A DNA stretch of 64,000 bases from an uncultured Bacteroidota bacterium (GCA_902587125.1 CACIJW010000001.1:205566-269565), one strand, 5' to 3'. Numbered from the stretch's first letter, positions 49,845 through 59,054 are shown. Program-made: numbers and translations. The notes: a model not told the origin generated them from the sequence alone.

Positions 49845-49848
49845 CAAT

Positions 49849-51126
49849 ATGTTAAGACTTCTAACCTTATTTGTATTTGCAGTATGTATTGAAAGTCAAT
49901 CTCAATGCTTAAGCACAGATTCGACATATAGTACAAACATAAACTATACTAACGCCAAAGTAAATTGGGAAAAAGTAGATTCAGCAATCTTTTACAGAGT
50001 GAGATACAAAGATGTAAATGCAAGTACTTGGAGCTTTCAAAACAACATTGATTCTTCAGAAACTAATAAACTATTAATTGGACTAACACCCCAAACGCAT
50101 TATGTATGGCAAATAAAATCATATTGTGACAGTCTAGCAAATACATCTTCACAATGGTCTACAGCAGATAGTTTTTTTACTGAAAATATAACACTAGCAT
50201 ACCCTACAAGTATTTACGCTAACAACATAACTTTTTACAATGCACAAGTCAACTGGACTGGAGCAAATAATACAGACCGCTTCAAAATTAGATATAGAAT
50301 ATTCGGAACAACCACATGGAATTATCTTTCCAATATAGCAGGTTTTGTCTCAAGCACACAATTACCACAACTAAACCAACTAACCTTATATCAGTGGTCT
50401 ATAATGTCATATTATGACACTACAAATCTGCTTGGTTCCCTTTGGTCACCGATTGATACATTTACCACGGCTCAGTTTATTCCAGCACCTTTTTTACCTG
50501 TAATAAACACTTCAATTAGCTCAAATTTATGTGGAGAAAAAGTAGATTTATTTGTATCAATCAGTCAATCGGCTAATCAACCGGACATAGAGCAATCGGT
50601 TGTTACAACGAACGAAGGACAATTTGATATTGGAGGCTTATCAATTGGTGATACAGTTGGTTATGCAGATCTTTATTTATCAAATTTATCAGCTACAGCT
50701 ACATTAAAAGTGGGAATTACTTTTGGTCAAAACTATGCTTTTATAAACGCTGTAGATAGTTTAGGAGATTTGATTGGATTCTTTTCAATTGAAAATGAAA
50801 CAAACGGTGTTAAAATTACTTCCACATCTCCACCGGATGGCAATAATTACACAGGCGGGTTGACAACTGATATTACTTTTAATGAAATTTTTATAAATCC
50901 AAACTTTAATACGAACCTTATAATAACGACAGATATAGATTCTGAACTTCAAGACCAAGTTATGATTACGGATACAATACAAATAAATTGTCCGTCATCT
51001 ACTTATGAAATAATAGATGATAAAAAAACAATATGGTATTTTAATTTAGTAGGAAAAAATGCAAAAAGAAAAAAATACTCTTTTAGTTTTCTAAACAATC
51101 AAAAGAAAATAATAATCTATGAGTAA
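49849..51126 (+). CDS. Secreted protein with two fibronectin type III repeats and a possible T9SS-type C-terminal signal
   Basis: Signal peptide; two repeats (AKVNW..YRVRYK..W..LTPQTHYVWQI / AQVNW..FKIRYR..W..LNQLTLYQWSI); C-terminal FNLVGK..KKIII. Confidence 0.72.
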   Translation: MLRLLTLFVFAVCIESQSQCLSTDSTYSTNINYTNAKVNWEKVDSAIFYRVRYKDVNASTWSFQNNIDSSETNKLLIGLTPQTHYVWQIKSYCDSLANTSSQWSTADSFFTENITLAYPTSIYANNITFYNAQVNWTGANNTDRFKIRYRIFGTTTWNYLSNIAGFVSSTQLPQLNQLTLYQWSIMSYYDTTNLLGSLWSPIDTFTTAQFIPAPFLPVINTSISSNLCGEKVDLFVSISQSANQPDIEQSVVTTNEGQFDIGGLSIGDTVGYADLYLSNLSATATLKVGITFGQNYAFINAVDSLGDLIGFFSIENETNGVKITSTSPPDGNNYTGGLTTDITFNEIFINPNFNTNLIITTDIDSELQDQVMITDTIQINCPSSTYEIIDDKKTIWYFNLVGKNAKRKKYSFSFLNNQKKIIIYE

Positions 51127-52123
51127 AGTAATTGTTACAGGTGGTGCAGGTTATATAGGCTCACATACATGTGTAAGGCTTATCAAAATGGGGTATACTC
51201 CTGTAATTATAGACAACCTCTCTAATACAAGTATTGATAACATAAAAGGAGTTGAAAGCATTACAAATAAAAAATTAAATTATTACGAGATAGATTGCTG
51301 TTTTGCAAAAAAGCTTGATATGATTATAAAAAAAGAAAATGGTATAATAGGAGCTATTCATTTTGCAGCATACAAATCTGTTGAAGAATCAGTAAGATTG
51401 CCTGAAAAATATTTTAAAAATAATTTAAAATCTCTTGAGTCTTTGCTTGATGTTATGCAAAGTAATAATCTAAATAATTTGATTTTTTCTTCTTCATGTA
51501 CTGTTTATGGTAGCCCAGATAGTTTACCTGTAGATGAGAATGCTCCATTCAAAAAAGCTGAATCTCCATATGGAGAAACAAAACAGTTATGCGAAAAACT
51601 CATTGAAAAATCAACTCTATTTAGCGTTTGTCTCAGATATTTTAATCCAATCGGTTCGCACAAAAGCGGACTAATTGGTGACAGATCTGCAGATAAACCA
51701 GCCAATTTAATCCCAATAATTTGTGAAGTTGCCACTGGTAAAAGGGAGAAATTAGTAATTAACGGCAATGACTATAACACAAAAGATGGCACGTGTGTGA
51801 GAGACTATATTCATGTTGAGGATTTAGCTATAGCACATATAAATGCTCTTGAGTATTGCATAAAAAATAAAAACAAAAGCGTATTCAATATAGGAACAGG
51901 TCAAGGTTTATCAGTAACTGAAGCTGTTAGAATTTTTGAAGAGTGCAATAATGTAAAACTAAATATAGAGTTTGGACCAAGACGAAGCGGTGATGTATCT
52001 GAAATATATTCTGATACAAAAAAATCAAATGAGTTTCTTAACTGGAAAGCAAAAAGAACTGTTAAAGAAGCATTTCAAAGTGCTTACTTTTGGGAGAAAA
52101 GAAAAATATTAAGCAAATTGTAA
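51119..52123 (+). CDS. galE: UDP-glucose 4-epimerase
   Basis: VTGGAGYIGSHT, HFAAYKSVEES, SSSCTVYG, YGETK, LRYFNPIG, RDYIHVEDLA. Confidence 0.95.
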   Translation: MSKVIVTGGAGYIGSHTCVRLIKMGYTPVIIDNLSNTSIDNIKGVESITNKKLNYYEIDCCFAKKLDMIIKKENGIIGAIHFAAYKSVEESVRLPEKYFKNNLKSLESLLDVMQSNNLNNLIFSSSCTVYGSPDSLPVDENAPFKKAESPYGETKQLCEKLIEKSTLFSVCLRYFNPIGSHKSGLIGDRSADKPANLIPIICEVATGKREKLVINGNDYNTKDGTCVRDYIHVEDLAIAHINALEYCIKNKNKSVFNIGTGQGLSVTEAVRIFEECNNVKLNIEFGPRRSGDVSEIYSDTKKSNEFLNWKAKRTVKEAFQSAYFWEKRKILSKL

Positions 52124-52169
52124 CGCGACACAAATGAGGAAAACTTATTTTAAGTAATTTTAATTTATT

Positions 52170-52616
52170 TTGAAAATTAATTCATCGATTTTGCACCTTA
52201 ACAAGAGACACCTTACCAAAACAATAACATGGAGGTTTGTTGGAACTTTAGACACAATGCTGCTTTCGTGGTTTATCACTGGTCAATTTGCAACAGGACT
52301 AAAAATTGGAGTAGCTGAAACATTAACAAAAATGATATTGTATTATATGCATGAAAGAGCTTGGTTTACTTCAAGAAAATTTAAAAGTTCAAAAAGACAC
52401 ATCATAAAGACTTTTACATGGAGAGCTATTGGCACAATTGATACGATTTTATTAGGCTGGCTAATCTCAGGCGATCATCTTATGGGGCTAAAAATTGGAG
52501 CCTTTGAAGTAGTAACTAAGATGATATTATACTATTTGCATGAAAAATTATGGTATAAGCTTAATTTTGGATTAAAAACTAATAATCGTTTAAAACCAAT
52601 GTCGAAAAATGACTAA
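52170..52616 (+). CDS. Tandem DUF2061 membrane protein (two repeats; TTG start)
   Basis: RHLTKTITWR..DT..LYYMHERAW and RHIIKTFTWR..DT..LYYLHEKLW. Confidence 0.85.
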   Translation: MKINSSILHLNKRHLTKTITWRFVGTLDTMLLSWFITGQFATGLKIGVAETLTKMILYYMHERAWFTSRKFKSSKRHIIKTFTWRAIGTIDTILLGWLISGDHLMGLKIGAFEVVTKMILYYLHEKLWYKLNFGLKTNNRLKPMSKND

Positions 52617-52685
52617 TAATTTTACATAGTTTGATGACGACAATCAAAATGAATATAGAAATTAAAACAAAAACCATTATTAAAT

Positions 52686-53774
52686 ATGATTATAATTGAG
52701 TACTTATCGAGCATTTTAAAAAATCACACTTTACTAGTAATAGTGGCAGGTATAATAGGTTCTTTTCTAGTAACATCACAATCCCTTCCGTTCATAATTT
52801 ACTTTAGTAAAATTAAAAATCTTACGGCTAAAGTTGATGAAAGAAGTTCTCATTCAAGTAATATACCAAATATCGGAGGTCTTGGAATTATTGCGGGCAT
52901 ATACATAATAACCCTATCTTTATCTTTTTTCATTTTAGACTATAAAGACTCAAAATTAGTTATAGCTCTATTTATTTCACTATTGATATTACTGTTTATT
53001 GGATTTAAAGATGACATGCTAGGCTTAAGTGCTAGGGCTAAACTATTAACCGAAATTTGTACTGCAGCAGGATTTATTATTTTAACAGATTGCAGACTAG
53101 ATAATTTCTATGGGTTATTTGGCATTTATGAAATCAACTACTATGCTTCTTTATTTTTATCAATTTTCATATTTGTTGTTACTATAAATTCTTATAACTT
53201 AATAGATGGAATAGATGGGCTTGCTGGAGGTTTTGGTATAATTGCAATGATTGCATTTTTAATTTTAAGCATATCAGCTAACAATACAGTTGCGATTATA
53301 TTGTGCACTACTATTATTGGCAGTTTAGCTGGATTTTTGAGGTTTAATTTAAGAAGTGATAAAAGAAAAATTTTTATGGGAGATACTGGCTCTTTAGTTG
53401 TTGGCTTTTTGATTTCTGTTATTGTAATGATTATTTTAAGTTCAAAATATAACAGTAATCTTTATGCAAACAACACCCCGGTTTTAGTTCTCTCAATACT
53501 ATCATTTCCATATATCGACACGCTAAGGGTTATGGTTATCAGAAAAAGAATTGGTAAAAGGTTTTTTGAACCTGATAAAAATCATATTCACCACAAATTA
53601 ATAGGAAGGGGCAAAAGTCATAAAGTTTCTTCAATAATAATATTGTCCGTTTATTTGTCATCTATTATTTTTTGTATATCGTTAATAAAATTAGATATTA
53701 CAATTCATTTTTTTATTTCACTGATATACTCAGTACTGAGTTTATTAGCATTAGTATTAATTTTTAATAAATAA
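52686..53774 (+). CDS. MraY/WecA-family undecaprenyl-phosphate sugar-1-phosphate transferase
   Basis: RSSH..PNIGG, GFKDD, NSYNLIDGIDGL, IFMGDTGS, DTLRV..R, PDKNHIHHKL. Confidence 0.92.
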   Translation: MIIIEYLSSILKNHTLLVIVAGIIGSFLVTSQSLPFIIYFSKIKNLTAKVDERSSHSSNIPNIGGLGIIAGIYIITLSLSFFILDYKDSKLVIALFISLLILLFIGFKDDMLGLSARAKLLTEICTAAGFIILTDCRLDNFYGLFGIYEINYYASLFLSIFIFVVTINSYNLIDGIDGLAGGFGIIAMIAFLILSISANNTVAIILCTTIIGSLAGFLRFNLRSDKRKIFMGDTGSLVVGFLISVIVMIILSSKYNSNLYANNTPVLVLSILSFPYIDTLRVMVIRKRIGKRFFEPDKNHIHHKLIGRGKSHKVSSIIILSVYLSSIIFCISLIKLDITIHFFISLIYSVLSLLALVLIFNK

Positions 53775-54997
53775 TGACTGATTTAAAAATATGTGTGATT
53801 GGTCTTGGAAACGTTGGGCTAGATTTAGCAATAAATTTCAGTAAAAAATTTCATACAATTGGTTATGATATAAACAAGAGTTTGATTGAAAAAATCAAAA
53901 ATCAAAAATCAAAACACCTAAAGATTTCAAAAAATGGAGTCGGACTTGAGGTTTCGTGCAATCATAAACTGATTGTAAACTGCAATGTTTATATAATAAC
54001 CGTTCCATCTCCAGTGAATAAAAAAAAATTGCCTGATTTAGATAATATTATAGAACTAACTAAATTAATATCTAAATTTATAAGAATCGGAAATATTTTG
54101 ATTTATGAAAGCACTTTTTATCCTGGCCTAACAGAAGAAATATTTATACCCATAATTGAAAGAGAATCAAAATTAAAATTAAATAAAGATTTTTATGTTG
54201 GATATTCTCCTGAGAGAATCAATATCGGAAAAAACAAAAGATTATCAAATGAGATTGTAAAAATTACATCTGGATCAAATAAAAAAGCAAGCAAAATAAT
54301 AGATAGTCTTTACAAAAGGATAATAAAAGCTGGAACTTATAATGTAGAAAGCATAAGAATAGCAGAAGCTGTAAAAATTCTTGAAAACTGTCAGAGAGAT
54401 CTCAATATTGCATTCATGAACGAAATAACTAAATTTTTTAATAAACTAAATTTAGATACAAAAAAAGTTATTGAAGCCGCATCTACTAAATGGAACTTTT
54501 TTCAATTTTATCCAGGACTGGTAGGGGGAGATTGTATTGCTGTTGATCCATATTATTTAATTTTTTCTGCAAAAAAAATTAAACATGACTTGCCGTTAGT
54601 TAGATTGGCAAGAGAAACTAATGAAGGAATGGTAGATTATATTTATAAACATATTACAAAAGCGATATCTAACTTAAAAATATCTGCGCTGGCTTTTTTT
54701 GGAATTTCGTACAAGGAAAACTGTAAGCAGATAAACAATAGTATGTATTTAAGAATCATTCAAAAACTAGAGAAAAACTACAAGGTTGATATTTATGATC
54801 ATTTTGTTGAAAAAGCTCAACCAGAATCAAATTTTGTAAGGACAATGGAGTGTGCAAATAAAAAATATGATGTAATTATAATTGGCTCAAAGCATGATGA
54901 ATATAAAAAAATGAACTTCAAGAAATTCTTGAACAAATTTGGGACTATTATTGATATTCATGGCATTAGTATGTACCCAAAAAATAAAATTTTATAG
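53774..54997 (+). CDS. Nucleotide-sugar 6-dehydrogenase (UDP-HexNAc type, TviB/WbpO-like)
   Basis: GLGNVG, ESTFYPG, YSPERIN, AEAVKILENCQRDLNIAFMNE, PGLVGGDCIAVDPYYL. Confidence 0.88.
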   Translation: MTDLKICVIGLGNVGLDLAINFSKKFHTIGYDINKSLIEKIKNQKSKHLKISKNGVGLEVSCNHKLIVNCNVYIITVPSPVNKKKLPDLDNIIELTKLISKFIRIGNILIYESTFYPGLTEEIFIPIIERESKLKLNKDFYVGYSPERINIGKNKRLSNEIVKITSGSNKKASKIIDSLYKRIIKAGTYNVESIRIAEAVKILENCQRDLNIAFMNEITKFFNKLNLDTKKVIEAASTKWNFFQFYPGLVGGDCIAVDPYYLIFSAKKIKHDLPLVRLARETNEGMVDYIYKHITKAISNLKISALAFFGISYKENCKQINNSMYLRIIQKLEKNYKVDIYDHFVEKAQPESNFVRTMECANKKYDVIIIGSKHDEYKKMNFKKFLNKFGTIIDIHGISMYPKNKIL

Positions 54998-55022
54998 TCT
55001 TAATGATTAATTATAAAAAAGT

Positions 55023-55030
55023 TATTTTTG
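55023..55030 (+). promoter_or_regulatory. -7 element TAttTTTG upstream of cysC
   Basis: Exact motif in the 80-bp gap before cysC. Confidence 0.5.
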
Positions 55031-55077
55031 GGACAAATGATAAACAATATTTCTTGGTTGATTAACCGTTTAAAAAT

Positions 55078-55686
55078 ATGAGTTTAAATAAAAATCTCAA
55101 AAAACACAATTATAAAACAACCAAAATCCAACGCGAGACTTTGCATGGCCACAAGGCGTATTTAATTTGGTTTACAGGATTATCAGGCTCAGGTAAATCT
55201 ACTTTTGCAAATTTGCTTGAAATTGAATTGCATAAAAGAGGGTTATCAACATATATCTTAGACGGGGATAATATCCGTCTGGGAATTAATAAAGACTTAA
55301 GCTTCAATCATAAAGATAGAGCAGAAAACATAAGACGTATCGCTGAAATAAGTAATTTAATGATTGATGCAGGTGTTATAACCTTAGCTGCTTTTGTATC
55401 TCCATATATTAAAGATCGCAAAAAAGTTAAACAAATTGTTGGTGCAGAAAATTTTATTGAAATTTTTGTAAATACGCCGATAGAAGAATGTGAAAGAAGA
55501 GATGTAAAAGGCCTTTACAAAAAAGCAAGAGCAGGAAAAATTAAAAATATGACAGGTATATCTGCACCGTATGAGTCTCCGGAAAACCCAGACTTAGAAG
55601 TGTTTACAGAGCGTCAATCGATTGAAGAAAATTTAGAAGTTATTATCAATTTTATTAATAAAAAATTAAATAAAACTCATGAATAA
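55078..55686 (+). CDS. cysC: Adenylyl-sulfate (APS) kinase
   Basis: WFTGLSGSGKST, LDGDNIR, RAENIRR, RDVKGLYKKARAG, TGISAPYE.P. Confidence 0.96.
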   Translation: MSLNKNLKKHNYKTTKIQRETLHGHKAYLIWFTGLSGSGKSTFANLLEIELHKRGLSTYILDGDNIRLGINKDLSFNHKDRAENIRRIAEISNLMIDAGVITLAAFVSPYIKDRKKVKQIVGAENFIEIFVNTPIEECERRDVKGLYKKARAGKIKNMTGISAPYESPENPDLEVFTERQSIEENLEVIINFINKKLNKTHE

Positions 55687-56584
55687 TTATATAGTTAATC
55701 ATTTACGTGAGCTAGAATCAGAAGCAATTTTTGTGATTAGAGAAATATCCGCTCAATTTGAAAACCCTGTCTTACTTTTTTCTGGAGGTAAAGACTCTAT
55801 TTTACTAGTGCATTTAGCTAAAAAAGCATTTTATCCAGCTAAAATCCCATTCCCTCTAGTTCATATAGACACAGGAAATAATTTTCCCGAAACCATTTCT
55901 TTTAGAGATGATTTAGTTAATAAGTTAGGTGTTCGGTTAATTGTTGGTTCAGTTCAAGAATCAATAGATAAAGGACGCGCTAAAGAAGAAACAGGAAGCG
56001 ATGCATCACGTAATTCCTTACAGATTGTTACCTTGTTAGACACTTTAGATGAATATAAAGTTGATGCTGCATTAGGTGGTGCACGACGTGACGAAGAAAA
56101 AGCTAGAGCGAAAGAACGTTTTTTTTCACATCGAGATGAATTCGGACAATGGGATCCAAAAAATCAAAGACCTGAATTATGGAATCTTTTCAACGGACGT
56201 AAAAATTTTGGTGAACATTTTCGTGTTTTTCCTATTTCTAACTGGACAGAGATGGATGTTTGGGAATATATTAAATTAGAAAATATTGATTTACCCTCAC
56301 TTTATTTTTCACATCAGCGTGATTGTATAGTCCGAAATGGTGTAATTTTAGCTAATTCTAAATTTATCAAGTTAAAAGAAGGGGAAAAAGTAGTTAACAT
56401 GACTGTTCGTTTCAGAACTTGTGGGGATATGCCTATTACTGGAGCAATAGAATCTGAAGCAGATGATTTAACTAAGATTATTAAAGAAATTGCTACTACT
56501 AGAGTTACAGAACGTGGGGGTAGAGCAGATGATAAACGAGCTGAAACAGCTATGGAGGATCGTAAAAAACAAGGATACTTTTGA
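55679..56584 (+). CDS. cysD: Sulfate adenylyltransferase subunit 2
   Basis: LFSGGKDS, GGARRDEEKARAKERFFS, WDPKNQRPELW, RFRTCGD, MEDRKKQGYF. Confidence 0.97.
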   Translation: MNNYIVNHLRELESEAIFVIREISAQFENPVLLFSGGKDSILLVHLAKKAFYPAKIPFPLVHIDTGNNFPETISFRDDLVNKLGVRLIVGSVQESIDKGRAKEETGSDASRNSLQIVTLLDTLDEYKVDAALGGARRDEEKARAKERFFSHRDEFGQWDPKNQRPELWNLFNGRKNFGEHFRVFPISNWTEMDVWEYIKLENIDLPSLYFSHQRDCIVRNGVILANSKFIKLKEGEKVVNMTVRFRTCGDMPITGAIESEADDLTKIIKEIATTRVTERGGRADDKRAETAMEDRKKQGYF

Positions 56585-56594
56585 AAAAAAAAAT

Positions 56595-57851
56595 ATGCAA
56601 TATAAAGACAAAGAATTATTAAGATTTACTACTGCTGGAAGCGTAGATGATGGAAAAAGCACACTTATTGGTAGATTATTATACGATAGCAAATCTGTTT
56701 ATCAAGATCAATTAGACGCCGTTGAAGAATCTAGCAATACAAAAGGCTTTGATTATATAGACCTTTCATTATTAACAGACGGATTGAAATCTGAGCGTGA
56801 GCAGGGAATTACTATAGACGTAGCATACCGTTACTTTGCTACCCCAAAACGAAAATTTATTGTAGCAGACACTCCGGGGCATATCCAATATACAAGAAAC
56901 ATGGTTACTGGTGCTTCAACTGCCAATCTTGCAATTATCCTTATTGATGCTAGAAAAGGCATGCTAGAACAAACTCATCGACATTCTTTTATTGCTTCTT
57001 TATTACGTATTCCTCACGCAATTGTTTGTGTGAATAAAATGGATTTGGTAGACTATAGTGAAGAGGTTTTCAACAAGATTGTAGATGACTATAAAGCTTT
57101 TGCAACAAAATTAGAAATTATTGATATACAATTTGTGCCAATTTCTGCACTCAAAGGTGATAATGTAGTTAATAAATCTAAAAATATGAATTGGTACAAA
57201 GGAGGTTCATTAATGTACCGTCTAGAAAATGTTCATATCTCAAGTGATAAAAACCACATAGACTGTCGCTTCCCAATACAAGCTGTTATTCGTCCACAAA
57301 CTATAGAGCATCAAGACTTTAGAGGATTTGCAGGTCGTATTGATGGAGGTGTTTTTAAGACTGGTGATAGTGTGAAGATTTTACCCTCTGGGTTTATCTC
57401 CAAAATAAAAACTCTGGAACTCAACGGTGAACGCCTTTCAGAAGCATTTGCACCTATGTCGATTACAATGACACTAGAAGACGAAATTGATATTAGTCGC
57501 GGAGATATGATTGTAAGAGAAAATAATAGTCCTGAAGTAGGGCAAGACCTAGAAGTTTTAGTAACGTGGATGAATATTAATCCTTTACTAGCTCGCACGA
57601 AGGTAATTATAAAGCATACTACAAATGAGTGCGTTGCAATGGTGAAAGAATTAAGGTATAAAATTGATATCAATACTTTGCATAGGGTTGTAGACATTGA
57701 AAAACTGCAGATGAATGATATTGGTCGTATTTCTATACGAACATCTAAACCTTTATTTTTTGATACTTACAAGAAAAATCGTCAAACAGGCAGCATAATT
57801 ATTATTGATGAACAAACGAATGAAACTATTGGCGCAGGAATGTTTATATAA
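56595..57851 (+). CDS. cysN: Sulfate adenylyltransferase subunit 1 (probable ATG at 56595; no fused CysC domain)
   Basis: TAGSVDDGKSTLIGRLL, EREQGITIDVAYRYF, DTPGH, NKMD, PISALKGDNV. Confidence 0.97.
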   Translation: MQYKDKELLRFTTAGSVDDGKSTLIGRLLYDSKSVYQDQLDAVEESSNTKGFDYIDLSLLTDGLKSEREQGITIDVAYRYFATPKRKFIVADTPGHIQYTRNMVTGASTANLAIILIDARKGMLEQTHRHSFIASLLRIPHAIVCVNKMDLVDYSEEVFNKIVDDYKAFATKLEIIDIQFVPISALKGDNVVNKSKNMNWYKGGSLMYRLENVHISSDKNHIDCRFPIQAVIRPQTIEHQDFRGFAGRIDGGVFKTGDSVKILPSGFISKIKTLELNGERLSEAFAPMSITMTLEDEIDISRGDMIVRENNSPEVGQDLEVLVTWMNINPLLARTKVIIKHTTNECVAMVKELRYKIDINTLHRVVDIEKLQMNDIGRISIRTSKPLFFDTYKKNRQTGSIIIIDEQTNETIGAGMFI

Positions 57852-57875
57852 TAATTGAAAATTGGTTTTTATTAA

Positions 57876-58928
57876 ATGAATATGAGGAAAATTCTTATTA
57901 CAGGAGGTGCAGGATTTATTGGCTCTCACGTTGTTAGGCTATTTGTAAACAAATATCCAAATTATCAAATTTTTAATTTAGATGCATTAACCTATGCCGG
58001 TAATTTAGAGAATCTCATAGACATAGAATCTAACGAAAATTATACCTTTTTACGTGGTGATATTACAGATGAAGTCTATATCAATTCAATTTTTAAAAAA
58101 TATTGTTTTGATGATGTAATACATCTAGCAGCTGAATCTCACGTGGATAGATCAATTAGTGACCCCTTAGCTTTTGCAAAAACAAATGTTCTTGGAACAA
58201 TGATTTTACTAAATAACTTCAAAGAGCTACACAAAAATAATTGGAAAGGCAAACGTTTTTATCATATTAGCACAGACGAGGTGTACGGGTCATTAGGTGA
58301 GAATGGGCTATTTAAAGAGACAACCTCTTATGATCCTAACTCTCCATATTCAGCGTCAAAAGCAAGTTCAGATCATTTTGTAAGAGCCTATGGTGAAACT
58401 TATGGATTACCTTTCATTATTACAAATTGTTCCAATAATTATGGAAAACAACAATTTCCAGAAAAATTAATTCCTCTATTTATCAATAATGTATTAAATA
58501 ATAAACCACTACCTGTCTATGGAGATGGTAATTACACTAGAGACTGGCTTTATGTAATTGACCATGCAAAAGCCATAGACATGGTATTTCACAGGGGCAA
58601 TATCTATCAAACTTATAATATTGGCGGATTTAATGAATGGAAAAATATTGATCTTGTAAAGTTGCTATGCAAACAAATGGATAAAAAATTAGGTCGTTCA
58701 GTCGGAAGTAGTGAAAAACTTATCACATTTGTGAAAGATAGACCTGGTCACGATTTACGATATGCAATTGACGCCTCAAAAATTAATCAGGAATTGGGAT
58801 GGAGCCCAACAGTTACTTTTGAACAGGGGCTATCCGAAACAATAGATTGGTATATTTCTAATGAACATTGGTTGAAAAATATTACATCAGGAAATTACCA
58901 AAACTATTACATGAAAAAATATAAGTGA
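57876..58928 (+). CDS. rfbB: dTDP-glucose 4,6-dehydratase
   Basis: TGGAGFIGSH, HLAAESHVDRSI, STDEVYG, YSASK, NCSNNYG, DRPGHDLRYAID. Confidence 0.96.
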   Translation: MNMRKILITGGAGFIGSHVVRLFVNKYPNYQIFNLDALTYAGNLENLIDIESNENYTFLRGDITDEVYINSIFKKYCFDDVIHLAAESHVDRSISDPLAFAKTNVLGTMILLNNFKELHKNNWKGKRFYHISTDEVYGSLGENGLFKETTSYDPNSPYSASKASSDHFVRAYGETYGLPFIITNCSNNYGKQQFPEKLIPLFINNVLNNKPLPVYGDGNYTRDWLYVIDHAKAIDMVFHRGNIYQTYNIGGFNEWKNIDLVKLLCKQMDKKLGRSVGSSEKLITFVKDRPGHDLRYAIDASKINQELGWSPTVTFEQGLSETIDWYISNEHWLKNITSGNYQNYYMKKYK

Positions 58929-59054
58929 AATTCGTAGAAATTATATAGCTTATTTAAAAAAAGCAGATCTTAAATTTTATACAACAATATAATTTTATAA
59001 ATAATCCTTACGCTTAAATAAATTAAAAGAATAATTTTGTTCTTATTAAATAAA

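Larger units (their letters stand above)
49712..49848. other. Candidate replication-origin-proximal intergenic region
   Basis: Downstream of mnmG-MTase; parS about 0.8 kb upstream; IHF-like site; one near-DnaA box TCTTACACA (49771-79); A/T tracts. Confidence 0.35.

Noticed and set aside
56583-56594. Poly-A tract between cysD and cysN (and similar A/T8-10 tracts) as phase-variation switches
   Set aside because: Intergenic, and such tracts are common throughout this AT-rich window; no frameshifted gene is associated.
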